A DNA stretch of 61,926 nucleotides, the filler included, from Chiloscyllium plagiosum (lineage: Eukaryota), in assembly GCF_004010195.1 (NCBI RefSeq). It is 3 parts of one record of this genome, joined end to end, with 100 filler letters (N's around TTAATTAATTAA, not from the genome) between each part and the next. Parts side by side here need not be neighbours in the genome. Positions count along the whole stretch, not along the records: positions 29,842 to 53,448 come from NC_057714.1; positions 53,549 to 61,926 come from NC_057714.1; 1 more part is not named here. One strand, given 5' to 3'. The notes beneath the pieces were generated by a model. It was not told where the DNA came from, ran no database searches, and worked only from the letters and a program-made list of their open reading frames with translations. This document shows positions 46,122 to 57,699 of this stretch, piece after piece (positions within the stretch are counted from its first letter, which is position 1; every line of letters begins with the position of its first letter). Made by a program: the position numbers and the translations under genes.

Positions 46122-46735
46122 AAGCGTTGGCCTCGTAGTATTATTGATGGACTGTTAATTCAGAAACCCAGGTAATGTTCCGGAAACCCACATTCGAGTC
46201 CCACCATGGCATTTGAATTTAAGAGTCTAAAGGTGACCGTGAAACAATTGTTGGGAAAGAATCCATTTGGTTCACTAATGTCCTTGAGGGAAGGAAACTG
46301 CTCCGGTCTGCATGTGACTCCAGACCCACAGCAATGGGGTTGACTCTTAACTGCCCTCTGGGCAATTAGGGATGGGCGGCACGGTGGCACAGTGGTTAGC
46401 ACTGCTGCCTCACAGCGGCAGAGACCCGGGTTCAATTCCCGCCTCAGGCGACTGACTGTGTGGAGTTTGCACATTCTCCCCGTGTCTGCGTGGGTTTCCT
46501 CCGGGTGCTCCGGTTTCCTCCCCACAGTCCAAAGATGTGCAGGGTCAGGTGAATTGGCCATGCTAAATTGCCCGTAGTGTTAGGTAAGGGGTAAATGTAT
46601 GGGTGGGTTCCCCTTCGGCGGGTCGGTGTGGACTTGTTGGGCCGAAGGGCCTGTTTCCACACTGTAATCTAATCTAATCTAATAAATGCTGGGTCTGACC
46701 AGTGAGGCCCTCATCCTGTGAATGAAATTTTAAAA
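46122..46735 (+). mobile_element. SINE family B with a young HE1 SINE (46375-46680) inserted in its tail
   Basis: B-box-like attcgagtccc, core, tail gggcaattagggatgggc|aataaatgctgg split by a full HE1 ending (aatct)n. Confidence 0.85.
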
Positions 46736-47552
46736 AACCCCCCTGTCATCTACATTTCCTTTCTCAGTTATGGAGTCCAAAACATTTCAGATGTGATTTG
46801 ACCAGTGCCCTGCAGAATGACACCTTTACTTTTACGTGCAACTCCTCTTGAAATGAAGATAGCGTCACACTAACCCTTTGATCTCCATGTTGGTTTGGTG
46901 TCCTCATGCTCCCCGCTCCTGGAATTTCCTTCCTTAAAGTCTCCATCCCTCTCCTCCTCCTTAAAACCCTTCCCCCGTTTAACCGTGCTTTTGGTCACTT
47001 GTCCCTTGTAATTCCTCACTTGGCTCGCTGCCAAACCGTGCCTGACAATCACCCTCAGAAGGCAGCCTGGCTCACTCCAGGACGATAAAGGCGCCACGTG
47101 AATGAAACTCCATGCTGTCGGTCGTGTGTCACTGATTACGGTTGCACCCCAACCCCATGGGCAAGGACAGTCAATATGCACTCCCTAACATGCTTTTCCA
47201 GCGCATGCTGTGCTTTTCCAGCGCCACACTTATCGACTCTGTCACATCAATGTGGGTGATCTAGGATCTTCACTCCCAGGGACTGGATGCTGTTGACCCT
47301 CTCCCCCTCAGCTCTATTGATGCAGTTCGGGGTGTCCCATCCAGCTTGCTTGCAGCATAGTCATGGCTGTGCCCGGAGCTGGGGGTTTTTGAGGTCCCCT
47401 GGGGCCACAAGGCAGAAGGCCCGGTGCTGCGTTGAAGACTACAGAGAAGGAAGTCTATCTAAATAATCTCTTTTTATTCTTTCTGTAACTCAAAAGTGAC
47501 AAAGGGTGACACTTTCCCCTGCATCTTTCCAGATGCATATGACAATAAATAG

Positions 47553-48130
47553 CACACGAGTGACAGTCAAATTTTTTTGACTATTTTTTAAGGTTACATT
47601 TATTAGATTAGATTACATTAGATTAGATTACATTACAGTGTGGAAACAGGCCCGTTGGCCCAACAAGTCCACACCGACCCGCCGAAGCGCAACCCACCCA
47701 TACCCCTACATTTTACCCCTTACCTAACACTGCGGGCAATTTAGCCTGGCCAATTCACCTGACCCTGCACATCTTTGGACTTTTAAGGGGCTGAAAATCA
47801 TGGATGTCAAAATTCATACCGCATCGTTAGCAGAAGTCTAATTGATCTCTAAACAAATAAAGAAAAGCAAGCGTTTAATTACGGTAATTCTGAAAACCCG
47901 GAGCGGAACTCAACAGCCAGTGGACTGGAAGACCAGGAGTGGAGTGGAACAACCAGCAACTGGAATACTGGAGCGGAATATGACGGCCGGTGCACTGACC
48001 CATAAACGTTGGTCTGTGAAGAACTAGAGTCAACTTTTACATGAGATTTGTGGACAATTCCAGGTTATTTGGCCAAGCATAGGGGGTCAACATTTACATG
48101 AGATCGACTCTTACTCGAGTATATCGGGTA
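47553..48130. mobile_element. Non-autonomous Tc1/mariner-superfamily (Tc2-like) DNA transposon remnant, containing an HE1 3' fragment (47594-47780, TSD ttttaagg)
   Basis: Right end atcgactcttactcgagtatatcgg+TA resembles the Tc2-type TIR CCGTATATACTCGAGTA; left end is degenerate. Confidence 0.55.
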
Positions 48131-48649
48131 ACAAGTAACACGTTCGGAATCACAGAGCAGCTATGTCCCAGAAAGAGGCCATTTGGCCCATCATGCCGGC
48201 CCTGGGAAGCCTCATCACCTAGCGCCAATCACGTGCCCTTTTTTGGGATAATTCACCATTGCAAAGTGAAGCTCTATCCCCGGGAATGTGGTCCCACCCT
48301 GTAGTGCCCTATTATCTGCGACCAAACCAGCAGTAAAGCTGCAAGGGCGAGTATAATAAACAAGAGCTCTGTGAATCAACTTGACTCAGTCGACCGTCAT
48401 TAATAAAGTAATGGGTCCAATGGTTCAGAGTTTTTCTCCATGACTTAACCTCATGCAAATCTTCAATCCAAGTGCACTCGCTTATTCATCAGCTGATGGA
48501 GGATAGTGTTCATGAATAGGGTTGACATTCATAGACAGGAAAATGTGCCGAGAATTTATGACAGAAAGTTGTCTCCAGTTGTCAATGTCAGAATGAATTT
48601 CCTCCCACAGCAATTAACAGTTTCTACCCTACTGTTGTTAGAATAATGA

Positions 48650-48828
48650 ATGGACTCACAAACTCTTAACATTCGCCTGTACCTGTGTTTTTGTTTTTGC
48701 CGCTGTGTACCTATCATTTACTATCTATGCTACTTAACTCTGTGATCTGCCTGTATTGCTCGCAAAACAAAGCTTTTCACTGTGCCTCGGTACACGGGAC
48801 AATAAATTCAATTCAATTCAATTCAATT
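48650..48828 (+). mobile_element. LINE 3' terminus (Rex1/Babar-like) with (ttcaa)n tail
   Basis: aaagcttttcactgtgcctcggtacacgggacaataaa(ttcaa)4. Confidence 0.6.
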
Positions 48829-49496
48829 GATGTCTTCATTCGTTTAGAGATCAGTTGGGCTTCTGCTAATGATACAGAATGAATTTTGACGGGCATGAAT
48901 TTTAGCCCCCCAATAATCCAACAGTCTGCGTAACCTGCTATTCCTTTGTCCCATGTGTATTTATCCAGCTTCCCCTTAAATCCTTTATGCAACTTCTGTC
49001 TGTCACCCCATGTGCCAGCACCATCCATATCACCGTTTGGGTTCGGGGCCATTCCTGAACCCATCAGCTAACTCTACCACTGCCAGACACATACAGATTG
49101 TTACAACAGGGCGTTCAGATTCTAACTTACATCATCGAATTGAAATGTAGGAAATAGGAGCAGAATGAGGCCATTCGGCCCTTCAGTAAGATTGATCATC
49201 CAACTCAGTCCCCTCTACCCACTTTCTTCCCTTCCCCTCCACCCCCATTTGCCCTAAGAGCTCGATCGAACTCCTTCTTGTAAACATTCAATGTTTTGGC
49301 CTTGACAGCTTTCCTGTGGCAGAGGATTCCCCCGGCTCCCCACTCTCTGGGTGAACACATTTCTCCTCATCTCAGTCCACACTGGCCTACTCCACATCCT
49401 TACACTCAGTTGTGGACTCCACAGAACTTTGAAGGGAATGCTGGAGTTGGTTTGAATGATCAGCCATGACTTATTGAATGGTCCCACAGACATAAC

Positions 49497-49986
49497 TCTG
49501 CCGAGGACATGGAGGTCCTGGGCCTCCTTCACCGCCGCTCCCTCAACACCAGGCTCCTGGAGGAAGAATGCCTCATCTTCCGCCTCGGAACACTTCAACC
49601 CCAGGGCATCAATGTGGACTTCAACAGCTTCCTCATTTCCCCTTCCCCCACCTCATCCTAGTTTCAAACTTCCAGCTCAGCACTGTCACCATGACTTGTC
49701 CTACCTGCCTATCTTCTTTCCCACCTATCCACTCCACCGTCCTCCCTGACCTATCACCTTTATCCCCTCCCCCACTCACCTATTGTACTCTATATTACTT
49801 TCTCCCCACACCCACCCTCCTCTAGCTTATCTCTCCACCCTGCAGGCACTCTGCCTTTATTCCTGATGAAGGGCTTTTGCCCGAAACGTCGATTTTACTG
49901 CTCCTCGGATGCTGCCTGAACTGCTGTGCCCTTCCAGCACCACTAATCTAGAATCTGGTTTCCAGCGTCTGCAGTCATTGTTTTTA
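49497..49986 (+). mobile_element. Penelope-like element (family A) 3' end, 13-bp TSD
   Basis: LEEECLIFRLGTLQPQGINVDF endonuclease end; ccaca(g/a)acataac at 49484-49496 and 49987-49999. Confidence 0.88.
49858..49895 (+). ncRNA. Minimal hammerhead ribozyme motif of a PLE terminus
   Basis: CUGAUGA (49863-49869), helix II gggc-tttt-gccc, GAAA, palindromic ACGU, putative cleavage after C49890. Confidence 0.7.
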
Positions 49987-50027
49987 CCACAAACATAACA
50001 GCTTACATTGTGGCTCATACAGAGCAG

Positions 50028-50297
50028 AACAGTGGCTCACAACACCAGGGTCCCAGGTTTGATTCCATCCTTGGGTGACTGTCTGTGTGGAGTTTGCACG
50101 TTCTCCCCGTGTCTGCATTGATTTCCTCCCACAACCCAAAGATGTGCAGGCCAGGTGAATTGGCTGAGCTGAATTGTCCCCTAGTGTCCAGAGATGTTTA
50201 GTAAGGGATAAATATAGGGTCTGGGTGGTTTACTCTTTGGAGGGACAGTGTGGACTTGTTGGGCCAAATGGCCTGTTTCCACACTATAGGGATTCTT
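50028..50297 (+). mobile_element. HE1 V-SINE
   Basis: Partial head, V-domain, tail. Confidence 0.85.
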
Positions 50298-50571
50298 GTG
50301 TTCAAAAGGTTAGTGATGATTCAGAAATAATTTAGCACTATCGATGTTAACGTTTTCTCGGTCACAAGAGCGAAGTCTCTTCACACTCCACTATTGCTCC
50401 CACTCTTACTTCACTTCGAATGATCCCCTGAACCTGTTGTATTGGATTTATATTTAATTGTTCACAGGTCATCAGTGTTAACTGGCAACTTACATCTTTG
50501 ATTACAAATAGGGACTGGCTGAAAATTGAGCTGAGGTTTATTTTCACTCATGGACTTGGGTGCCTTTTGTA

Positions 50572-51955
50572 CCCCCTTGAGAAGGTTGGGGTGAGCTGCC
50601 TTCTTGAACCGCTGCAGTCCACCTGCTGTGGGTTGACCCACAATTGCCTTAGGGAGGGAATTCCAGGATTTTGACCCAGTGACAGTGAAGGAACAGGGAT
50701 ATATTTCCAAGTCAGGATGGTGAGTGGTTTGGAGGGGAACTTGCAGGGGGTGGAGTTCCCATGTATCTGATGCCCTTCTATTTCTTGATGGAAGTGGCCA
50801 TGGGTTTGGAAGGTACTGTCTGAGGATCTTTGGTGAATTTCTTGTCAAGAGCACACACTGCTGCTACTGAATGTCAGTGGTGGAGGGAGTGGATGCTTGT
50901 GGATGTGATGCCAGTCAAGTGGGTTGCTTTGTCCCTGGATGGTGTCAAGCTTCTTGAGTGTTCAAAGTTTGTGAGAAGATTTGTAGCTCGGGTGCTCGTT
51001 GTTGTGGTTCTGTTCGCTGAGCTGGGAATTTGTGTTGCAGACGTTTTGTCCCCTAGCTAGGTGACATCCTCAGTGCTTGGGAGCCTCCTGTGAAGCGCTT
51101 CTGTGATGTTTCCTCCGGCATTTATAGTGGTTTGTCTCTGCCACTTCCAGTTGTCAGTTCCAGCTGTCCGCTGCAGTGGCTGGTATATTGGGTCCAGGTC
51201 GATGTGCTTGTTGATCGAATCTGTAGATGAGTGCCATGCCTCTAGGAATTCCCTGGCTGTTCTCTGTTTGGCTTGTCCTATAATAGTAGTGTTGTCCAAG
51301 TCAAACTCATGTTGCTTGTCATCCACGTGTATGGCTACTAAGGATAGATGGTTGTGTCGTTTCATGGCTAGTTAGTGTTCATGGATATGTTAGCTGTTTG
51401 TGTGCTGTTTTGAGTCCTAGTAGTCATAGTAGTCTGACTGTCAGTTCAGAAATGTTCTTGATGTATGGTAACGTGGCTAGTCCTTTGGGTTGCGGCATGT
51501 CCTCGTTCTGTTGTCTTTCCCTTAGGCATCTGTTGATGAAATTGCGGGGGTATCCGTTTTTGGCGAATACATTGTAGAGGTGTTCTTCTTCCTCTTTTTG
51601 CAGTTCTGGTGTACTGCAGTGTGTTGTGGCCCTTTTGAACAGTGTCTTGATGCAACTTCTTTTGTGTGTGTTGGGGTGGTTGTTTTCGTAGTTCTTGAAT
51701 GTTGTTAGAGCTGCACCATCCAGACAAGTGGGGAATATTCCATCACCCTCCTGACTGGTGCCTTGTAGATGGTGGACAGGCTTTGGGGAGTCAGGAGGGG
51801 AGTTACTCGCTGCAGGATTCCCAGCCTTTGACCTGTTCTTACAGCCACTGTGTTTATGTTGTGAGTCCAGTTGAATTCTGGTCAATGGTTACCCCCAGGA
51901 TGTTGATCGTGGGGGAATCAGTGATGATAACACCATTAAATGTCAACGAATAATG
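50572..51955 (-). mobile_element. LINE family B 3' fragment interrupted by a PLE
   Basis: Homologous to 12215-12680 and 7612-7870; continuous across the insertion. Confidence 0.82.
50963..51691 (-). mobile_element. Penelope-like element (Poseidon-type), internally deleted, 12-bp TSD
   Basis: HPNTHKRSCIKTLFKRA..KNGYP..LPYIKNISE and REFLEAWHS..NKHIDLDPIY; ttcttga(g/a)tgtt at 50951-50962 and 51692-51703; hammerhead variant at 51037-51076. Confidence 0.9.
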
Positions 51956-52334
51956 GGTCAGTGGTGTGGAGGCTCACCAACAGTGGTTTCTGAGTCACAG
52001 CGACTTGATTTTGGGGTCATGAGGTTGCGATGGGAGGCATGGAGGTCTGAATGCTGCAAGACCCCTTAAAATATTCACATGTTTATGCCATTGGTGGGCA
52101 GTTGTTGAAGCTTTCAGTCTCTGGGGCCCTGTTGCCACGACAGCCTGAGTAAACCAGGCTCTAGCCTTTTCCAGGGCGTACCCAGTGGTGTGTAAAGAGA
52201 CCTCCTCCATCTTCCTCAGTCAACAACCCTCTCACCTTCCCCTCCCCCACATCCGTGCTGTGTGCCCATGGACCCCTCTCCCATTACTCCACCCCCAATT
52301 CCACACTCAGTGGGGACACATCAGGGTAAGGCTT

Positions 52335-52757
52335 AAGAAGCACTATGTTCGATGGAGTTTAGAACGATGAGGGGGAATCGAATTGAAACTCACCGAATTC
52401 TGAACGGCCTGGACAGAGTGGATGTTGGGAAGATGTTTCCAGTGGCAGGAGAGATGAGGACCCAAGGGTACAGCGTTAGAGTAAAGGGAAGACCTTTTAG
52501 AATGGAGATAAGGAGAAACTTCTTCAGCCAGAGAGTGGGGAATCTGTGTAATTCACTGCCACAGAAGGCTGTGGAGACCAGATCATTGAGTATATGTAAA
52601 ACAGAGATTAATAAGTTCTCGATTTTGCCAAGGGGATCAAGGGTTATGGGGAGAAAGTGAGAGAATGGGGTTGAGATACCTATCAGCCATTGAATAGCAG
52701 AGCAGACTCGATGGGCCAAATGGCCCAATTTCTGCTCCTGTGTCTTTCGGTCTCATG
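52335..52757 (+). mobile_element. CR1 3' fragment
   Basis: ORF 52352-52660 RRNFFSQRVGNLCNSLP; 3' UTR. Confidence 0.87.
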
Positions 52758-53104
52758 CTCAGGGATACGCGCTCAAATTAGCCCCAGATCCTCTGACTGA
52801 TTGTCACAATGCTCCTACTTCCCCACACCCGACCAACACCTTCAGTCGGATGTCTCCCCAGACTAGTTTGTTCAGAGACAGCTATACCATAGCTCCACAC
52901 TCCCTTTCTATGGCACTGTCTGTGGTAATGTAAGTTCAAATGTCCCCTGTGCATGGTAATGAATGGGAAAATGGCTGCATGGGCAGGATATTTGCCTGGG
53001 CGATCAGCCATGATGGTATCGAATGGTGGAACAGTCTGAATGGGCTGAATGGCATCCTTCTGCTGCTGGGTCAATTCCCTAGGTTCATGACAAGGATGTA
53101 TCCC

Positions 53105-53448
53105 TCCTGACTAATGCATCTAACCTGCACATCCCTGAACTCTATGGACAGTTTAACATGGCCAGTTCACCTAATCTGCACATCCCTGAACTCTATGGAC
53201 AGTTTAGCATGGCCAATTCATCTAACCTGCACATCCCTGAATTCTATGGACAGTTTAGCAGGGCCAATTTACCTAACCTGCACATCCCTGAACTCTATGG
53301 ACAGTTTAACATGGCCAATTCACCTAACCTGCACATCCCTGAACTCTATGGACAGTGTAGCATGGCCAATTCACCTAACCTGCACATCCCTGAACTCTAT
53401 AGACAGTTTAGCATGGCCAATTCACCTAACCTGCACATCCCAAACTCT
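53105..53448 (-). repeat. 51-bp HE1-derived array (at least 6 copies), cut by a gap
   Basis: ctgaac at 53135, 53186 and onward; private variant aactctatggacagttt. Confidence 0.92.
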
Positions 53449-53548
53449 NNNNNNNNNNNNNNNNNNNNNNNNNNNNNNNNNNNNNNNNNNNNTTAATTAA
53501 TTAANNNNNNNNNNNNNNNNNNNNNNNNNNNNNNNNNNNNNNNNNNNN

Positions 53549-53995
53549 CGGTCTTGGAGGGGCTGGAGATGGGTGCACTTCCTGCAAGTGTAATCAGCAG
53601 GGACGACCATGGCATCCCTCACCTCAAACATGTTGCAAGAGGAACATTGCACTGCCTTCACTGCCATCCCTCTAAAAGTAACCTTTTTAAAAAAAAAACT
53701 GGGTCTAAAGAATACAACAAGCAAAATGAAGCACTTACCTACTTACCACAACGGGTCTTATTATTTAGGTTAGAGGAGGAGGGCGGGTGGGAGACACTAC
53801 CTCTGTAGTGCCTCGGGTTCTTCTCCTGCGCGCTTTTATAGGGGAAAAAAAAAACCTACCCAGCGGCCCCTCTGGTCTTCGTCACTTCCCCCTGCTGCTC
53901 CCGCCCTTTCTGTGAAGAGAAAAAAAAACACCGCTGCCCGCTACCGGTAAGTAATTTTAAAACAAACTGTCTTACCTTAGCTGCTGCTCGCACTT
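53549..53995 (-). mobile_element. CR1 5' UTR and ORF1 N-terminal zinc-finger region
   Basis: MAVKAVQCSSCNMFEV..YTCRKCTHLQ (CxxC..CxxC, typical of the CR1 ORF1 start). Confidence 0.8.
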
Positions 53996-54155
53996 CAGTC
54001 CAACCCATCCATGCTGACCAGATATCCCTACCCAACCTAGTCCCACTTGCCAGCACCCGGCCCATATCCCTCCAAAACCTTCCCATTCATACACCCATCC
54101 AGATGCCTTTTCAATGTTGCAATTATACCAGTCCCCACCATTTCCTCTGGCAGCT
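53996..54155 (-). mobile_element. CR1 (HER1-like) 3' fragment
   Basis: Matches the 3' UTR of other copies in the window. Confidence 0.85.
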
Positions 54156-55199
54156 GATTGTTTGGCTTCCAGATCTCTCCCTATTTACCAAGAAGTGCTG
54201 TAGGGTTTGTTGCAAAGTTAAAATGCTGTGCAAGTATATTCAGTTGATTTACTGTCGCTGTTAAATAAAATGGTTTTGTCAACATTATTCGTTCCTCTCA
54301 GCATCTTCATCATACCATTTCCCAGGTTTTGGATCTGTAATGAAAGGTTTCAGAATTGGCGGTTGATGCCTTTTCCAAACTTTCTTTGGATACACCCATA
54401 CCAGTAAAGTGTACAATCCAGTTCACAGAGAGGGATGATGTTTCCAGTCGGAAGTCAAGGGTCCAGCGCATCCAGACTCCTCCATGAATTGTCATTGTGT
54501 GTAGAACATGTATCACCAGGAATACTTTAACTCCGCGTGAAATTCAGTTTACATTCCGAATGTTCTTTCCTTGGATATTTAATGGTACATCATGAAGATT
54601 AACTTCAAAGAGACCACATTTAATTGATCAGTGTGGGATTATCCGGCCTCATTAGCATTTAACTCTTTTGCTCTTGACTTTGATCTTTTAATTCCCTGTA
54701 ATAAACAATTATATTTTCCAATCACGATTTTGGTTTCAACATGCTGTCTGAACTCAGTAGCTGTAATGCAACTGCATTGTAATTTGCTGACTACATTTGT
54801 ACACAATATCAGAGAATGGTTGCAGAACAGACCATTCGACCCATTGTGTTGTGGTGGAACTCCAAGGTATAATTCACCAGTTGCCACTCCCCTGACTATT
54901 CCCTGTAACCCCGCGTGTTCTTCCTTTTCAGCTAATAATCTCTCTTGGAAGCCTCAACTGAACCTGCCTTCCTCAGACACTCAGGCAGGACTTTCCAGCT
55001 CCTAACCACTCTACGTGAAAAACCTTTCCTCATGTCACTATTGTTTCTTTTGCCAATTACCTTCAAGCTGTGTCCTCTGGATCTCAGTCCCTCCACCGAA
55101 GGGAACAGCTGATTTCCATCTGCTGTGCTTAGGTCCTTCATGATTTTTGGACACTCAAAACACTTTCTCTCAATCAACGTCCTCTCAACCTTCACCTGG

Positions 55200-55832
55200 A
55201 CTACAGAGCACAGTTGAGGAGGGAAGTCGCTATATTGGCGGCAATTCAAAGGAGAGTCACTACATTGATTCCAGGAGTGAGGGGTTTGACTTACGGAGAG
55301 AGATTCAGCAATTCCCATTCATACACCCATCCAGATGCCTTTTCAATGTTGCAATTATACCAGTCTCCACCATTTCCTCTGGCAGCTGATTGTTTGGCTT
55401 CCAGATCTCTCCCTATTTACCAAGAAGTGCTGTAGGGCTTCTGGTGTTTAGAAGAATGAGGGGAGATCTAATAAGATGCTGAAGGCGATTCACAAAGTAG
55501 ATGGGTTCATGGATGTTTCCCCTTGTGGGGCAATGTAAAACAGGAGGTTAGAGTTTTAGGAGAAGGAGGGCAGATTCAAAACAGAGATGAGGAGAAATTA
55601 CTTCTCTCGAACAATGGTGAATCTGTAGAATGGATCTGTAGAGTGTGATGCTTGCTGGGCCATTGAGTAAATTTGAGGAAATAGATTTTTAACGAGTAAT
55701 GGGTTGGAGTATAATGAGAGTGGGCAAGAAAGTGGAATTGAGGCTGGTATGAGATCAGCAATGGTTGCATTGCATGGCAGAGTAGGCTCAAGGGGCTAAA
55801 TGGTCCACTCCTGCTCCGAGATCTTATGTTCT
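55200..55832 (+). mobile_element. Old CR1 3' fragment carrying a 126-bp templated insertion (55312-55437)
   Basis: LAAIQRRVTTLIPGVRGLTYGERF before; tttagaagaatgaggggagatct after. Confidence 0.75.
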
Positions 55833-56337
55833 GTTCTTCAACAGACTGGGGAATCTAAGGTGGATGATGGAAAAAAATTGTGGCTGCAAGAGCTGTTCCT
55901 TTTTAAAGGTGTTTTCAGTGTTGGAACTGATTTCCATGAATTCCTCAACGCATATTTACTGTCTTATAAGCTGTTGCATTGTTGGGGGGAAGTAAAGATC
56001 TAAACAACGGCATTTTAAAAAGGAGGAGGAGACAAAGGTACTGACCACATGGGAAGAGAATCAAGCGGGAAGTAACTGGTCACAGCTGTCTGACCCAGCA
56101 GTGAATCTACACAGCCAACTGTCTCTGCTGCTTGATTTCAGGTATCTCCGGACATCGGAGTTCATCTGAGAAAAAATTAACAAACACCAAATCTCACAGC
56201 TGACCATAGGGAAATCTGTTTGGGAGAGGTCACAGTGAGGGAGCAGCTAAGTGACTAGTTTTAAAGTGTAACCTCACTGGGCTTTTGTTTAAGTAAATCT
56301 ACAATATTGAGTAGAGTGGGGTTTTATTTTGGTTATA

Positions 56338-56510
56338 CAGAGGAACCTCGATTATCCGAACGAGACGGGCAGGCACTGTTACGCTCGGATAATTGATTAT
56401 TCGGTTAATCGGTTAAATGCCTTTCCGCTGGGGCTCAGAGCTTTTACGTCTGCTCCCCGTTCAAGGGATGAGGCAGCAGCACAGCGCTCTCCGCTCTCCC
56501 CCCCAACTCC
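56338..56510. mobile_element. Tigger/pogo-like DNA transposon end
   Basis: TA followed by cagaggaacctcgattatccgaa, a Tigger-type TIR; truncated by a gap. Confidence 0.6.
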
Positions 56511-57010
56511 NNNNNNNNNNNNNNNNNNNNNNNNNNNNNNNNNNNNNNNNNNNNNNNNNNNNNNNNNNNNNNNNNNNNNNNNNNNNNNNNNNNNNNNNNN
56601 NNNNNNNNNNNNNNNNNNNNNNNNNNNNNNNNNNNNNNNNNNNNNNNNNNNNNNNNNNNNNNNNNNNNNNNNNNNNNNNNNNNNNNNNNNNNNNNNNNNN
56701 NNNNNNNNNNNNNNNNNNNNNNNNNNNNNNNNNNNNNNNNNNNNNNNNNNNNNNNNNNNNNNNNNNNNNNNNNNNNNNNNNNNNNNNNNNNNNNNNNNNN
56801 NNNNNNNNNNNNNNNNNNNNNNNNNNNNNNNNNNNNNNNNNNNNNNNNNNNNNNNNNNNNNNNNNNNNNNNNNNNNNNNNNNNNNNNNNNNNNNNNNNNN
56901 NNNNNNNNNNNNNNNNNNNNNNNNNNNNNNNNNNNNNNNNNNNNNNNNNNNNNNNNNNNNNNNNNNNNNNNNNNNNNNNNNNNNNNNNNNNNNNNNNNNN
57001 NNNNNNNNNN

Positions 57011-57640
57011 GATGGACAGGTAGGACCGGTCAAAAGAGCAGTGCCAAATTGGAAGGTTGGCACTGGGATAAGGTGGGGGGAGGGCAAGTGGGAAACTGGT
57101 GAAATCCACATTGATCCCAAGACAGAAGATAAGGTGTTCTTCCTCCGGCTGTCGGGTGGTTAGGGTTTGGTGATGGAGGAGGCCCCCAAACCTGTCCAAA
57201 TCCTTCTGTAGCCTCCCCACCTCTTCAATACTATCTCTCCTTCCACCTATCTTTGTATCATCTGCAAACTTCACCAGAATGCCCTCAATTCCTTCATCCA
57301 GATCATTAATGTATAAGGTGAAAAGTTGTGGTCCTAGCACTAAGCCTTGAGGAACACCACTTGTCACCGGCATCCATCCTGAGAAGGGCAAATGCTGCAC
57401 CCACACCTCCCCCCTCACCTCTGTCCAAGGTCCCAAACGATCCTTCCACTTCTGACAGAAATTTACCTGCACTTCCATACATTTCATCTACTGCATCCAT
57501 TGCACCCAATGTGGTCTCCTCGACACTGGGAAGACAAGACGCCAACTTGCAGAGCACATCTCTGGGACATCTGCACCAGCCTACCCCACCTCCCCGTGGC
57601 CGAACACTTTAACTCCACCTCCCACTCTGCCGAGGACATG
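57011..57640. mobile_element. Mosaic: PLE 3' fragment (minus), CR1 RT fragment (57190-57390, minus), PLE endonuclease fragment (plus)
   Basis: [50 protein letters not shown]. Confidence 0.75.
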
Positions 57641-57699
57641 CATGGAGAGAATGGAGTTGAGAAACACCACCCCCATCAACATCACTCACCAGAGTATCG

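Noticed and set aside
46375..46445. tRNA genes (A/B boxes)
   Set aside because: These are tRNA-derived SINE heads continuing into V-domain and LINE-like tails, not complete cloverleaf genes
54285..54420. Protein-like minus-strand frame (VYPKKVWKRHQPPILKPFITDPKPGKWYDEDAERNE) or micro-exon
   Set aside because: Bounded by stops, no ATG, no recognisable homology, and weak splice support
56329..57487. Long ORFs across N runs (also at 32.3, 34.6, 38.1 and 42.5 kb)
   Set aside because: Their length comes from untranslatable Ns
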